A stretch of DNA of 63,500 bases, counting the filler, from Rhabdomonas costata (taxonomy: Eukaryota), in assembly GCA_019059605.1 (NCBI GenBank). It is 53 parts of 53 records of this genome, joined end to end, with 100 filler letters (N's around TTAATTAATTAA, not from the genome) between each part and the next. Parts side by side here need not be neighbours in the genome. Positions count along the whole stretch, not along the records: positions 22,815 to 23,914 come from JAHMHO010028607.1; positions 24,015 to 25,112 come from JAHMHO010028608.1; positions 25,213 to 26,314 come from JAHMHO010028609.1; positions 26,415 to 27,514 come from JAHMHO010028610.1; positions 27,615 to 28,716 come from JAHMHO010028611.1; positions 28,817 to 29,916 come from JAHMHO010028612.1; positions 30,017 to 31,116 come from JAHMHO010028613.1; positions 31,217 to 32,316 come from JAHMHO010028614.1; 45 more parts are not named here. The stretch is one strand, 5' to 3'. Under the pieces are notes generated by a model, which did no database searches, was not told the DNA's origin, and saw nothing but the letters and a program-made list of their open reading frames with translations. Positions 23,884-37,113 of the stretch are shown piece after piece. Numbering within the stretch: the first letter of the stretch is position 1; each line of letters begins with the position of its first letter. The translations under genes were made by a program, and so were the position numbers.

Positions 23884-25243
23884 CAGGGTAAACACCCGTA
23901 CAAAAACCCCAAACNNNNNNNNNNNNNNNNNNNNNNNNNNNNNNNNNNNNNNNNNNNNTTAATTAATTAANNNNNNNNNNNNNNNNNNNNNNNNNNNNNN
24001 NNNNNNNNNNNNNNTGTTGGGTTGTAAGTAGAATAAAAGCCTGGAAATATGTTTTTGAACGTATCTGTACCAAAAACGGATGTGAAGATGATGTAAGAAT
24101 TCATGCGTCAGCTTTTGTATCCGGAGGTAAGTGCGAACAATACACCTAATTCACCTTATCGCATTCCATCCTTACATCATCTTCACATCCGTTTTTGGTA
24201 CAGATACGTTCAAAAACATATTTCCAGGCTTTTATTCTACTTACAATCCTACCTTCAGACTCTTCGCGTTTTTTCCTGGGTCTGCGCCGGACCATCAACG
24301 GTGAACAAGATATTTCGCCAACATTTTCCCAAATTCATTCTAGCGAGCCGAGAAACAGAGACATTTCCCTCCAAGAGTCAAGATTTGGAGGCAAAAGGAA
24401 AGGCAGCATAGGAACTTTTTTCCTTAAGCCGATACGCCGGAATAGAGAGAAATCCACTTTCGTTGTACTCCTTTCAAGAAAATTATAGGGACGCGATAAA
24501 GTCAAGGTGAATCGTAGATTCAATCGATGAGATAGCTTCAAATTCATCCTGTGGAGTGGCTTCTTTTGAATTGTGCCTTTCTTTATTTCAGAAATCTTCC
24601 GGAAAAGCCTAACTCGATGAATCTGGTTCGGTTGTGTTGTTTGCCTTGCGTTTTTTTCTTTTGAGAAGTTGATAAAAACGATAGCGAGAAGAAGATGGAA
24701 GACACCAACAAGGCGAAAGATGGTTGAACACAACGAAGGTTCAGAACCAGAGCCGACCACCGACACGTCGAAGGCAAACAATCCTATGTCGGAATGGGGC
24801 CGAAGCGCCAAGATTCTACCACAGCGGCGCGCAAAAGATGGCTGGTCGTGTTAAGACAGCCACGCCTCGGCGGCATCAAAGCGTCGAAACCAATCGAAGC
24901 GCAGGTGGTGTCCTCTCCATGGCCTGCCGCTGTTGAAGTTCCAAAATCACTTTACCAAAACAAATGGGGGTTTTCCGGGCTGGTTTTTGTTTTAAAAAAA
25001 TAGCAAAAATTTCCACCACGGACCCTTTTTTTCGGATTGGCATGCCACACATTGGCGCCTGAATAAACCAATTAATCCAGAGAAAGTGGAAGCGTAGGTT
25101 GCGAGAAAGCCTNNNNNNNNNNNNNNNNNNNNNNNNNNNNNNNNNNNNNNNNNNNNTTAATTAATTAANNNNNNNNNNNNNNNNNNNNNNNNNNNNNNNN
25201 NNNNNNNNNNNNGGCTTCGACATGCCCCGTCCACCTTCCACAG

Positions 25244-25919
25244 CTGCAGCGCGTGTACCACCGCTACATCGAGGTGGTCCACGAGCAGGTCACCGCGCAC
25301 CGCGGGCTGGTGGACAAAGTGCTTGGGGACCGCGTGCTGGCCCTGTTCAACGTCCCCCGGCGGTGCAGCCGCGCGGAGTATCGTGCGGTGAAGTGCGCAC
25401 TGGAGGTGCTGGCGCATTGGAGCAATGCTCAGCTTCTCCCCGTCAACCCAGCCTCGGCAGAACATTCCATGTCCTTTGGGGAGGATCTGTTGGCGCAGCG
25501 TGGGCTGGCGTATGTTGTGACGACTCCTCCGACTACGTCCCCCTCGAACGCGGAGAGCCTTTCAGTCGAGGTACCTGTCCAGCTGGGGCTTCGAGTGGGC
25601 ATCGCGAGCTCCCCGGTGAGCTTTGGCAACCTGGGCAGCGATGTAGTGAGGAGGTTTGTGGTTGTCGGTGAGGCTGTTGGGCAGGCGGTTGCGGTGCAGA
25701 AGGTGGCGTGCAAGGCGCTTGGGGTTCCGGTGCTGATCACGGAGTCCGTCGCGAAGCAGGTGAGATTTCTCCTTCACCCCCTTGCTGGGAAATGATGCTC
25801 GTCGTACCGTCGGCTAACGCGTGGTTCCCCTCCTCCTCCTCTCCTTCTCTCTCACTCACGGTTTCGGTATTGGAACAGGTTGACTGCCAAATTCAGTGTC
25901 TCCCCGCCGCGGTGGTGCG
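25244..25919 (+). CDS. Class III adenylate/guanylate cyclase domain, degenerate; exons 25244-25759 and 25879-25919
   Basis: HRGLVDKVLGDRVLALFNVP, RAVKCAL, LRVGIASSPVSFGNLGS and VLITESV motifs. The catalytic N/R helix reads GEAVGQAVAVQ. Confidence 0.85.
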
Positions 25920-26665
25920 GTATGCCTCGAGTGGGATACTGCCGATTTACCACCCCACTCGCGAGTTTCCCAGCTCAGCGAAAGATCAGGTGCTGTTTCT
26001 CTCTGCCTACCCTTCCCGATTTCTGCAGCATTCGACATTCGTTCGCACGCGGAATCGGAATGAGTGGAGAATTGGACAAATTTGCTGCATATGCGTTGCT
26101 CACCGTGAACGTATGGAGTCAGGAAGGTGGGACAGGTTTTTTGTCCGTCTCACTATCTGCCGATATCCTCAGCTGTTTGTGGCATGATGTCTGCCAGAAG
26201 ATGGACCACACTCACCACCTCTACCTGGGACAGGGTAGCAAGGAAACAGGCCTTTGTAACGAGGCTGGTCTCTAGCACGTCTCCCTAGTTGTCCGCTTCC
26301 TTTTCCCAAAAAACNNNNNNNNNNNNNNNNNNNNNNNNNNNNNNNNNNNNNNNNNNNNTTAATTAATTAANNNNNNNNNNNNNNNNNNNNNNNNNNNNNN
26401 NNNNNNNNNNNNNNTGGTGTGCGAGATACAGCAGTGGTGTGCGTGCATGCCTGCTTTTGCGCACTCACGCCCTTGATGTTCTTGAGCGAGGGCAGCGAGG
26501 TGTGCCTTCGCTTGTGTGCGAAGCCTGAGCCTGAGTGGTTTCTCGCTGCTGTGATTTCAGCAGCGTCTGACCTTTTCTATCTTGGTCTCGAGCACGTGCA
26601 CACGCTCCTGCTAACTCACGTGTTTGTATGGTTATGTTTGGAGTTTGGCTTTTCCGCTATCACAG

Positions 26666-27473
26666 CGATTGTGAACAGCGCGCAGCCTCAGGCCTATCCC
26701 ATCGTGGGATTCAGCAGTGTGGTGCTGCCGATGGCCCAGCAGCCCTCTGCCGCCGGCTCAGCGGTGTGCGAGCGTGCCCGGGCCGCGGTGGAGTTCCTCC
26801 TGTGGGCCGTTAACAGCTCTGAGGCCCTGTCTGCGGTATCCCCGGCACACATATCTCTCAGATATCATCCTTTGTGCTTCTCCGCATCCTTCCCCGTTGC
26901 CTGAGTGGTGACCTCATTAGTTAATTGAGGAGATTTGGACCAATTTACCGATGTTCCGAAGTCTGTTCCATTGTTGTCATTGTTAGGTAAATGGTTTTTT
27001 TCTCGAAGGCGACAGCATTGTGAAACAATCTTCGGAGATGGCTGTGAAACCTCGGATTAGAACCAGGCTTTCATTATCATCAATGCAGCTGGAAATTGTT
27101 GGAAGGTTACTGTGTTACTGTGACGTTGACTCTCCTACCACCCTGTTAGTGCGCAGCGGGACAAGAAATTTGGGGACGGTCTGGTCAAACCGGGTGTGGG
27201 GGGTTCGTGTTGGTCGTTCCGGGGTTCCGTTGCCCACCATCTCACCACGGTTCGGATTTGGGACTTTCCCCAGGCCCGATCCAATGGCTACGCTCCGGCC
27301 TTTGAAAGCCTTCCCCCGCGGACCTTCGCTGTGCTGACCAGCGTGTCCTGCGGGGGGGCTGTGCTGCACCCCATTCCCGTAGTTGTCTCGAGCCCTCTGG
27401 ACCTGCTGCCCATTGTGCTGCCCGCGACCGCTGCGATTCTGATCCTCGTGACTGTGGCCAGCGTCGCATTTTG
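26666..27473 (+). CDS. PstS-like binding-protein ectodomain end plus transmembrane helix (receptor); exons 26666-26835 and 27342-27473, middle exon unresolved
   Basis: AYPIVGFSSVVL...RARAAVEFLLWAV resembles the PstS C-terminal motif, followed by SVSCGG and the TM segment LLPIVLPATAAILILVTVASVAFW. Confidence 0.6.
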
Positions 27474-27967
27474 GTAACCCTTTCTGACGCAGATTGCTTC
27501 TCTCCACACCCACCNNNNNNNNNNNNNNNNNNNNNNNNNNNNNNNNNNNNNNNNNNNNTTAATTAATTAANNNNNNNNNNNNNNNNNNNNNNNNNNNNNN
27601 NNNNNNNNNNNNNNCAACAACACGAGTGGTCCATGCCAAAAGGAGCGAAGCGCTCCACAGTCTGATGCAAGCGTCTGCTCAGCGGGGAATCCTTTGGTTA
27701 AAATTTTGAGAGAGAGAGAGAGAGACCTTTTTCAGTCTTCATCTTAAGTCTCACGACTGCTCGAGACTCCGTCATCTCCAGGCAACTTATGTCCCCAACC
27801 AGGCACCTGCTCGCCCCCATGTTCCACAGGGGAAGACTTGGTTGAGGTGGGACCAGAGTTGCGTTCATCTTAACGCCTAATCGAGACCAGCGTGTTAGAC
27901 CATGATATGGATTCAAGCCGAACTCGGTGCCTTACATATCCATACCAGTATTCTCCCTTCACCCAGC

Positions 27968-27993
27968 TGTGTGTGTGTGTGTGTGTGTGTGTG
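27968..27993. repeat. (TG)n microsatellite (similar tract at 42417-42435)
   Basis: Directly visible dinucleotide tract. Confidence 0.9.
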
Positions 27994-28982
27994 TTCGTGT
28001 CAAAAATTCAAGTGTTTTGATATGTTGTTTTTTCAGACAAATTTTGGGGGCTTTGAGCATGCTGTACAAAGTGCTTGTGGGGGAAGGATCAGAGCATTCA
28101 GGGCAGAGGGGCCGCTGCTTGTTTCACCCCGGCCGGTCTTGTTGGATTTTCTGATATCTTCTTTTCTCCAATTTAGTTTCGACAGTGGGGGTCCACACAA
28201 GAAGAAGCAACAAAGAGTGTACACTTCAAGAATAGACAACCACCCAAGTCGCGGGTCCACGTGGACCCAAGCTGTTGACCTTCAGCATGGGCCCTTTCAG
28301 CACCATCACTAGGGCACTATGGGGGTAGCATATCAGGTGGAGTGGACAAACACCGCCGTGGACACCCAGCCTTAACACGTGAGATTCAAGCCTCCGACTC
28401 CAGACAAGTTTTTTTTTGAAGAAATGCAGGTCTCTGCACAACAGTTCACTGAATGGTGCCTCATCATTATCAAAGCAACCAACAGCAACCAACAAAGCTA
28501 TCAAGAAGCCAAAGGCGCCCGTAATTAAAACGAGCAAGGTGGGAACCCGCAATGGCGGTTCCATTCGTACACTAAGATATCAGCTGGCCGTTGTTTTCCT
28601 TGCACCCTGACCTTGTGACCGAAGTGGTCGCCGAAACATCCGAGGGTTGCCCACATTTGTCGCAGGGGTGATCAGCCGCTGACTCCGGTTGAGAACATAA
28701 TATCCTACCCACAAACNNNNNNNNNNNNNNNNNNNNNNNNNNNNNNNNNNNNNNNNNNNNTTAATTAATTAANNNNNNNNNNNNNNNNNNNNNNNNNNNN
28801 NNNNNNNNNNNNNNNNAGGGGGGGGGTGCACATTGTATACGAGCACCGAATTAACATCCAGAAAATCAGTGGACTCAAATCCATGTCATCCATTTTTCTC
28901 TTTTCGTACAGGACTTTTTGGAGGGTGGCAGGCACCGGTATTCTTTTGGTCAAAGCCCCTACCCACCCGCCCCACCCCGAAA

Positions 28983-29131
28983 ATGTCACTGCCGGATCTG
29001 CAGGCCACGCTGGATTTGCTTTGCCGGTGCGCCGCCACGGAGGATTCCTCCACCGCCGGGGTCCTTGCGAAGCTCCTGGCGGAGGACCTGGGCCGGGGAA
29101 GCTTTGGGAAGGTTTGCCGAGGGTGGCAGTG
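28983..29131 (+). CDS. Protein kinase, probable first coding exon
   Basis: MSLPDLQ...EDLGRGSFGKVCRGWQ contains the Gly-rich loop and ends at a GTGAGT donor. A pyrimidine-rich acceptor lies upstream at about 28892-28911. Confidence 0.65.
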
Positions 29132-29762
29132 GTGAGTGGGTCTTGTGTACATGGGAGGCTTGTCAATGTCAGCTGCATGCTCACAAACAAGCCAACAGTT
29201 AACGAGAGAGCAGAGCGTTATGAGATTTGCTGCGGAGTTTTTGGTGCAAAGCTTATTGGGGGGGTAGAGAGGGGACACGGTTATCATGGCGGTGCTAACT
29301 ACTAAGCATAATACCGGTGGTGTTCAGCATATGATGACTCTGAGATCACAGGTGATGACTTTCCCAACCTCTTTTTCTGGGAGATGTTTGGTTTGATGGA
29401 TCATCTTGCTGATTCTGAGAAAGGCCAAGTGAGCAGTGTTCACCACCTTGGAAAATCGAGTCTGCCGCTTGAGCGCTGTGCTTTTTCGAGTCTGCCTTTG
29501 CCGGGTATAGATCCTGTCAGAACTGGGTGGTAATGCGCAAAGCTGCTTGGATGCGGTCCATCTGATCGCTTCGATCCCCGACCGAGGTACCCAGCTCGCC
29601 TGTTCACATCCTTTGACCCCCTTCCAAACCTTGAACCAGAGAGGCGTAGTATCTGTCACCGATTTTTAAGTTCAAACATTGCTATGTAGGGCGCGATGGC
29701 TTTTTTCTGGTTTCTGCATAGTTGCACGCTTTTTGAATAGCTGCATGTGCATCAGTTTGCCT

Positions 29763-29912
29763 GGTTATCTCATGCTTTAGTGACACCACAATGCGTTTGA
29801 AAAAGGGCCGCGTATGTGCCTGTTCGAAACCTCGTTTTTTTTTTCATCGGCGTTCTTATTTAGCATGTCCTTTTTTTGACGCATTGTGGTGTCACAAAAG
29901 CATGAGATAACC
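29763..29912. repeat. Imperfect inverted repeat (34-bp arms with 1 mismatch, weaker pairing inward), MITE-like
   Basis: GGTTATCTCATGCTTTAGTGACACCACAATGCGT pairs with ACGCATTGTGGTGTCACAAAAGCATGAGATAACC. Confidence 0.7.
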
Positions 29913-32900
29913 ACACNNNNNNNNNNNNNNNNNNNNNNNNNNNNNNNNNNNNNNNNNNNNTTAATTAATTAANNNNNNNNNNNNNNNNNNNNNNNNNNNN
30001 NNNNNNNNNNNNNNNNGTTGGGGGGGGGTCTGCGGCAGCGCACGGTACGGAAGGAGGAAGGTCAGAGGCTGGGCTGGGCAGCTCCGGGGTGGAGCCTGGA
30101 AGCCCCACCCCACTCCCTGCACTTCCAACCCTTCCCCCAGTCTCTGGTATGCCTTTTGGTGGTTCGGTGGCTTATGAACCATGAGAACGGCACCTCTCCC
30201 TTGCATTATTGTCACTTGGTGCAACATCGGGCACAGCAAGGAGCGAGTGGAGAGCAGCAGACGCGAAGGCCAAAACGATGGCATGGGAACACAGAAGTTA
30301 ATTGCGCTTTTGCGAAGTTAATGGAAGAAAGTTTAATCAAGGACGTACATACGCACTGGACCCAAAATACCAAGCGGGAGCATACACGCACTGGGACAAG
30401 AAATGGAGGCGATGCGGAGGCTCACAACGCACTGGGACGCCGCTCGATGTTAGGTTGTTAGGTGCTACACTGGGAGGGCTCTAATCAACAATAATGTGTA
30501 ATCAGCATCATCCAATGTTTCTATGAACGGTTTCGTGAGACCTGCAGGAGTGCATGTTTGATGACGTCTTACGGTGAAGAACGTTTTCTTGCTGTCAACA
30601 GCACCCCCCCCCAACCCCTCCTCGATCGATCGGCTCACGAATAGCTTCTTTTTTTTGCCTTGGCTTTTTTCAGCGGCGCAGCGTTCAGCCTCTCCACCGC
30701 ACCGCCAGCTGTCTGCCGCGGCCAGCCCGTCCAGCCCCAGGCCCAGCTCTGGGTCCGGATCGGGATCTGGATTGGGGCCAGCGACAACCCCCGCCGCGAC
30801 TGGGGGACCCTCCTGTATCCCGGCAACCGCCCCCGTGGCGCCACCTCCACCTCCTCCACCCCAGCACCGCAGCACAAGCTCAAGCTCTCACCCTGCGGTG
30901 AGTGACGCTGGGGTTTGGGATAGAAGGGGAGTCCTGCTGTCTTCGAAGGGCTCAGTGGGGGTATTTCCCTTTTCCAAGAAGGAGATGCATGGCGTTGACG
31001 CTGCGCTCCCTGCCCTTGGGGACTCCTCTGTGGTTTGTTTCTTTCCCAAGGTGGTCCCTTGGACCCCCGATCCCACTGCTCCCCCCCTCTCTCTCTCTCT
31101 TCGGTTCCTTTGATGGNNNNNNNNNNNNNNNNNNNNNNNNNNNNNNNNNNNNNNNNNNNNTTAATTAATTAANNNNNNNNNNNNNNNNNNNNNNNNNNNN
31201 NNNNNNNNNNNNNNNNAGTGCAATGCGCATGTAATAATTGATACGGTTGGATGCTATTTTATGCTTCTGTTTTGCATCAGAAATTTCAGACTATTGGAGC
31301 GTCTCTGTATGCAGCAGCGTTCGCCGCTCTCAGAGGAGCGTTTAGGTTTAATATCCAGCGGCAGAAAAAACACGCAATACTACGCTACACTACGCTAATA
31401 CGAAAGGATGTGAGCCAGCGTTAGGTTGAAGCATGCAGGTATGGAGAGTTTATGCAGGAAGCGTTTGATGACCATGTGATTTAGACTGTCACAAACAATT
31501 ACTATCAGCATGACAGAAGAAACGGAAACAAGGATCCTGAGTCTGTGTGAAGTGCACTAGTGTTTGCGATGTAAATCGTGGCTCAGACAGTGAAAAGACA
31601 GACACTTGAAGAGCAGCAATGATTGAGTGAATTACGTGGACATTTGTTGCTGGATGCAGCTCTTTGCATCTTACCTCCTGGTACAGTTATTAGCAGCGAG
31701 ATGTGATACACTTTAAACCGGCGTTTCAGTAACGCGCGCCTACACCAGCCCATGGTTTTGTCGTACACGGCGTAAGTGAGGCTTTTTGAGTTACTGGATA
31801 GTGCTCACAGTACTGTGACCAGTACAAGTATCAGCGGTTGATGTAGCCGTCATCATTTACAGCTAACCTACCAAGTTCACATAGCTGTGTAGTAAGACGT
31901 TTTTTGAAATCAAAAAGACCAACAATCAAACCAAAACAAATTCAACCTAACTACTAGTCAACTTTGATAGATGAAAAGTGTGGATATAATTTACCAGCAG
32001 TACTGAATATACAAGTATACTAAATTTAAGAGCTATCGTATGCAAGAAACTAATTGGACGTGACTGTAATCACACAGATGGCAACACACACCATTGTACG
32101 TAAACAATTTTCTCAAGACGCTACTATCGCGTGGTTCTTTCGAAATTACAAATGCGTTTTAAATTCAATAGGAAATGATAAAAACCCAAAAGACAACTCG
32201 TAATATCATGATTGCAACTCTGAAATGCCACTGCATGTCTAATGTTAAGGCTTAAATAATGACTAGACATAAGTAACGCAAGTACTTAGTAACGGTTGCA
32301 TCGTGAGTATCACTTTNNNNNNNNNNNNNNNNNNNNNNNNNNNNNNNNNNNNNNNNNNNNTTAATTAATTAANNNNNNNNNNNNNNNNNNNNNNNNNNNN
32401 NNNNNNNNNNNNNNNNAGAGTTGTGTGAGTGGAGTGTGGTGGCGGAAGAATTTTCAGAGGAGATGTCATAAGAGTGTTAAGTTAAAATGGTTAGCAGTAT
32501 TCGTATAGTTGCATGGAGCACCCCAGTTTTGTTGTTTGTCTTGCCTTTCCAGAGGAACCTAATGTAGGTTGTGGGGTTATTTTCTGAACTTGCAGACAAC
32601 ACCCCCCCTCAGCCGTTGATGTTCCTTCCGGAGCGTTATAAGATTACAAAGCTTCAGATTTGTTTATAAGTCAAAAAGTGGTACAGAGATTCCGTTTTCA
32701 GAGGTATCCGTTGCAGCAAAGGCTCACCGTGATATTAACGAATGGAGAAGGTTTCCACGTGACCCATGTTTTGAGAATTGTATGAAAGTTTGGTACCATG
32801 CCGATTAAGTTGTTCTTGAGATTAATTCAGACGGAAATTCCAATGGTACTTGGCTATCAGTTTTTTTACAAGTATACAGCCACAGATTGATTGGAATCAA

Positions 32901-33934
32901 AGGTTTTTCAAGGTATTGAGTGGCAGAAGAGCTTACGACATTCATGCGCTTCCAGCAGTATATTATTTCAGAATAACCTGCCCAATAACAGTGATTATGG
33001 AAGCTGAGCCGTAGTAGGTTGTTCCAGAGCTTCCACATATATCTCAAGTACGGAAATGGTCGAGGTTGTTCACACCTGGTTCCAGAGTACCATGGAAAGG
33101 TGGGACTACACACCAAACGACCCAGGAATCAACACTTCTTGATGTCGTTTTGTTGCAGAAAGAAGTGAGACCATGGTGGTGACCGTTCACTCGGTAAGTA
33201 TTTTCTTCCAGAGTTGATTGAAGATGTTGCTATTTCCACAGTGGATGTGGAAGATGTCACCCGGACTAAACAGTACCAGCGAGCCATAGCTATGTCTCAG
33301 GAGCCTAAGTGGAAGGTCACAAGGAAGTTGCAAGTTTTGCCTATAAAAGAAGTTGAGAAGTTAATTAATTATTTATTTATTTTAATTACAATAATTTTTG
33401 AATTATTCAACTTTATTTGTGGCCACACTTGTGCGGTGTTACCAACACCTCCAGAAATCTAGACGTTAAGCCAAGAATTTGCCCACACCCTTCCTGCGTT
33501 TGTTCCCGGATGGTTANNNNNNNNNNNNNNNNNNNNNNNNNNNNNNNNNNNNNNNNNNNNTTAATTAATTAANNNNNNNNNNNNNNNNNNNNNNNNNNNN
33601 NNNNNNNNNNNNNNNNGGGGGGGGGTGATCCCAAGGCGACCTGAGGTGCACCCCAACCTTCCAGAGGGGCGAACAACTGCACAGGTGCATCGCCCTCCTG
33701 CAAGTAGTCTCCAAATTAATGTCGTACGGCTTATTGTAGAGTATACCGTCGCTCAGCGTAGCTGGTCGCCCTTTCCAGTTTGGCAGCCAGGAAACTCCCG
33801 TCAACACAGCAGTCCAGCAATCGCAGAGTCCCAGTAGCAACTCCGACCAGCCGAGGATTTAAAAACACACAAAACCAAAGCAACAGCTAGAACGTAGCAT
33901 CCGCGCGCAACACGCAACATCCAGCGGTCCACAC

Positions 33935-34490
33935 CTGTGCACACGGCTGGCCCAAAGACCCGGGCGGGGTTGAAGGCTCCCCCAGAGACGCTGCCACCGA
34001 TCATCGTGAGGAAGCCCAGGGTGAACCCAATGGCGATTCCGGCAAAGCCTGCCTTGCTGTTGCCGCTGACGTTGTACACGGTCAGGTCTTTTGTCTTCAC
34101 ACTGGCGATCTGAGCCCCAACCCCCAGCAACACTCACAGTGACACCGTTCAATGATATGAAGAACATAGTCCACTGAGGGACAGCTATCCCCACAGAAAG
34201 AAATTTGAGCTTTGTGCTCTCAAAAATACCCGACTTAACACGCAGTTACAAACTTTTGCCGCAGCCTCAACAAGAACCGTGCCGTGGCCAGGCCTTGTAA
34301 TTATTTGTGATCCTTGTGATCCTTGGAAAGTTTTAGCCAAGTGGGAGGATATCTGAAACCCCGGCGTACATACTTTCTTATCTGAAAGGACTTTGGTGAG
34401 CTCCACGTTGCTGGTGTCAATAGTGGAGAAAGCCGTGGCGAAGATGACGTAGCAGAGGATGAAGGTCAGCGTGGTTTCCATCAGGAAGGC
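33935..34490 (-). CDS. Aquaporin (MIP family), C-terminal half; exons 34490-34374 and 34109-33935
   Basis: AFLMETTLTFILCYVIFATA...AGIAIGFTLG...GGSVSGGAFNPARVFGPAV includes the second NPA motif. Confidence 0.9.
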
Positions 34491-36837
34491 CTGGAATAGC
34501 AAGGTTCCTGCCAAACCAGAGGCAGAAAGGACACCATAAAAAATACCACAATCAGGACCTGGGGTTATCATGGGACCACACCAGAATTGGAGTAATGGAA
34601 CAGGACTGTTTCCAAACCTCAAGGAAAGTTTCATGCTGAGACATCTCAGATGAATTGCGCAATTGTGACATAAAGTTAATCGTTAGTCGCGCGTGCTCTA
34701 AGCCTCACCACAAACANNNNNNNNNNNNNNNNNNNNNNNNNNNNNNNNNNNNNNNNNNNNTTAATTAATTAANNNNNNNNNNNNNNNNNNNNNNNNNNNN
34801 NNNNNNNNNNNNNNNNGTGGGGGGGTGGAGGGCGGGCATTAAAGGAATATTTTTTATCGTACGACTAGCCCAAGTAGTCCTAGTGGAAACACTGTGCGAA
34901 ACCAGGATTGGTGAGCCCCACCACCAACCACCGCTATGAAGATCACCCCAATCCTTTGAGTATAGCTAGGACTTTAGGCGGCAGAGTGCAGCTGAGCATC
35001 TGGAAAAAGCCAACCCACTGCGTGTATAGGAATACAGGGGACACGTGCAGCACTAGCTAACCCCCTGCAGAACCCGAACCAACCAGAGTAGTGCCAAAAG
35101 CGCAACCACCGGTGACAGCCAAGAGCACAAAGCTTAGAAGCATAGCTCAAAGGATGGTGGCTAAACGAAACAGTAGAACATGACTTCCACTTTGAGCGGA
35201 TACCTAGCACCAAGATCAGCTGTTCCCCTTAATAACCAAAAAGCGCTCTCAAAAGCAGGGAAACCAGGAAAAAAATGCAGCAGAAAGTGCTCAGCACTGG
35301 GCGGAAAAAAAAGCGATGCAAAAATTATATTATTAACCAATTGATCCAAAAACCCACAACGACTGACGAGGTGGACGGGAACCTAACACTGTCCAGCACA
35401 GAGAACAGCCACAGAAACGTAAAGCAACCCACGCCCCGAAGTCACCCACACCGCAGGGGGAGACAGCACAGCCGTAAATTACGCCGTGGCATCCGAAATG
35501 TTGAGGCAGAAGCCGCGACCAAAGCTCTTCCCGCACGACATCCGCCAAGCGTGGGCCCCGCAGCTCTGCACAAAGCAGCACCCCGACCTGAACCAGCTCT
35601 ACTGGATGCAGTCGAGTGAACAGGGCGCCCCACAGGTCACTAGGAAGCACAGCAACTGAGCTCCTCAGCCATCGTTTTCTCCCCAGCACACGCATACACA
35701 CAGACACACAGACTTCCAGAAACAGAACCTCCCAAAGGAAGGTAAAAGAACCGAGATAAAAGAAAGGCACACAAACGGGCAATGAGTATGTCAAGGGTCT
35801 GCCCGACATGACCGCCCCTTCCTTGAGTACGACCCCCACGAACATCAGCACCGTACGCACAACCCCATGAGAACCACTACACACAGCGATAGAAACCAGT
35901 AGCCCAGGCCCCAACCNNNNNNNNNNNNNNNNNNNNNNNNNNNNNNNNNNNNNNNNNNNNTTAATTAATTAANNNNNNNNNNNNNNNNNNNNNNNNNNNN
36001 NNNNNNNNNNNNNNNNATAGAGGGGAAGATTCCCGGGTGGACGTGTGTTTTTGAAATCATGGAATGGACCGTTGCCTTGCGAGGAGATATGGCACATGGA
36101 GAGGGGGATTTGGCGATCAGCGAATGGGAGGGAGCGTTCAGCAGTGGGAAAGAGTAACGGGAGTGTGGGAGAAGGTGAAAGGTATAATGATGAAGAGTCG
36201 TCAAAGGTAATTATGGTGATGGCATCTGAACCAAAGGCAAGGAAGAGGCAAGACATCGCAGCGTGCGGCATTTGGTCTTTTTGATGTCAATTGCTGCGAT
36301 CGGAGCCTTTTGAAAAGGCAGACGTCTAAGAAACTATTTTTATCTAGCTTCATCTTTGCAGGTGTGCTAACTAAACTGAAACTAGCATGTTCTGCGTTTG
36401 GCAATGAGTTTTCATGACTGCTTGCCGTGGAGGTTTGGCTGGTTGACGCGCTTTTCTAATGTGATAATTGTGACCCCACACCACCTAAGCGTGCTTGAAC
36501 TGGCTTGTGGTGTCTGTTTGCGATGTGTATTGTGATTTCCGCCTGCCGGAACCCTTCCATTTCAAGTATGATTGCATGTGACCAGAAGTCTCCAGCGTCA
36601 GAATGGGCACATTGTTTGAGTTGTCTGTTTGAACGTGGGATGTGTGCCAATGCGCAGCATTGTTTCACTGGCAAACCTGATATGTGCGGCATTGTGTGGC
36701 AAAACATTGTCGCACTGCTGATTAGGCTTTGTTTTTTGTGCTGTTTTAATGATCTATGATGGAACTATGATGGTCCAGTTGAATGTCCAGACAAGCCATT
36801 GATTTGTAGAAGTTTCTGAGAATATGCTGGGGAAATT

Positions 36838-37113
36838 CTGTTTATGGCCTAAGATCTGTTGCTGGTATGTAGATGAACTATTGTGTGAATTCTATTATTC
36901 TTTTTTCCATAAAAACTCTGCCTTCTCCTTTTTTATACCCTTTTTCGAAGTCAAAATGCGCGAATCCAAATATACAACAGTGCTTCTCAGACCGTCTGCT
37001 TGGCTTCAAAAAAGGGTATAAAAAAGGAGAAGGCAGAGTTTTTATGGAAAAAAGAATAATAGAATTCACACAATAGTTCATCTACATACCAGCAACAGAT
37101 CTTAGGCCACAAA
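36838..37113. repeat. Perfect terminal fold-back (arms of about 110 bp), probable amplification chimera
   Basis: The contig end is the exact reverse complement of about 36838-36947 and is followed by an A/C tail. It explains the mirror-image ORFs in the track. Confidence 0.85.

Noticed and set aside
29352..29418. Box C/D snoRNA-like GTGATGA...CTGA
   Set aside because: No terminal stem and no rRNA-complementary guide that I can recognise.
36530..36625. PHD-finger-like MIACD...EWAH segment
   Set aside because: Cys spacing is incomplete and there are no clear exon borders.
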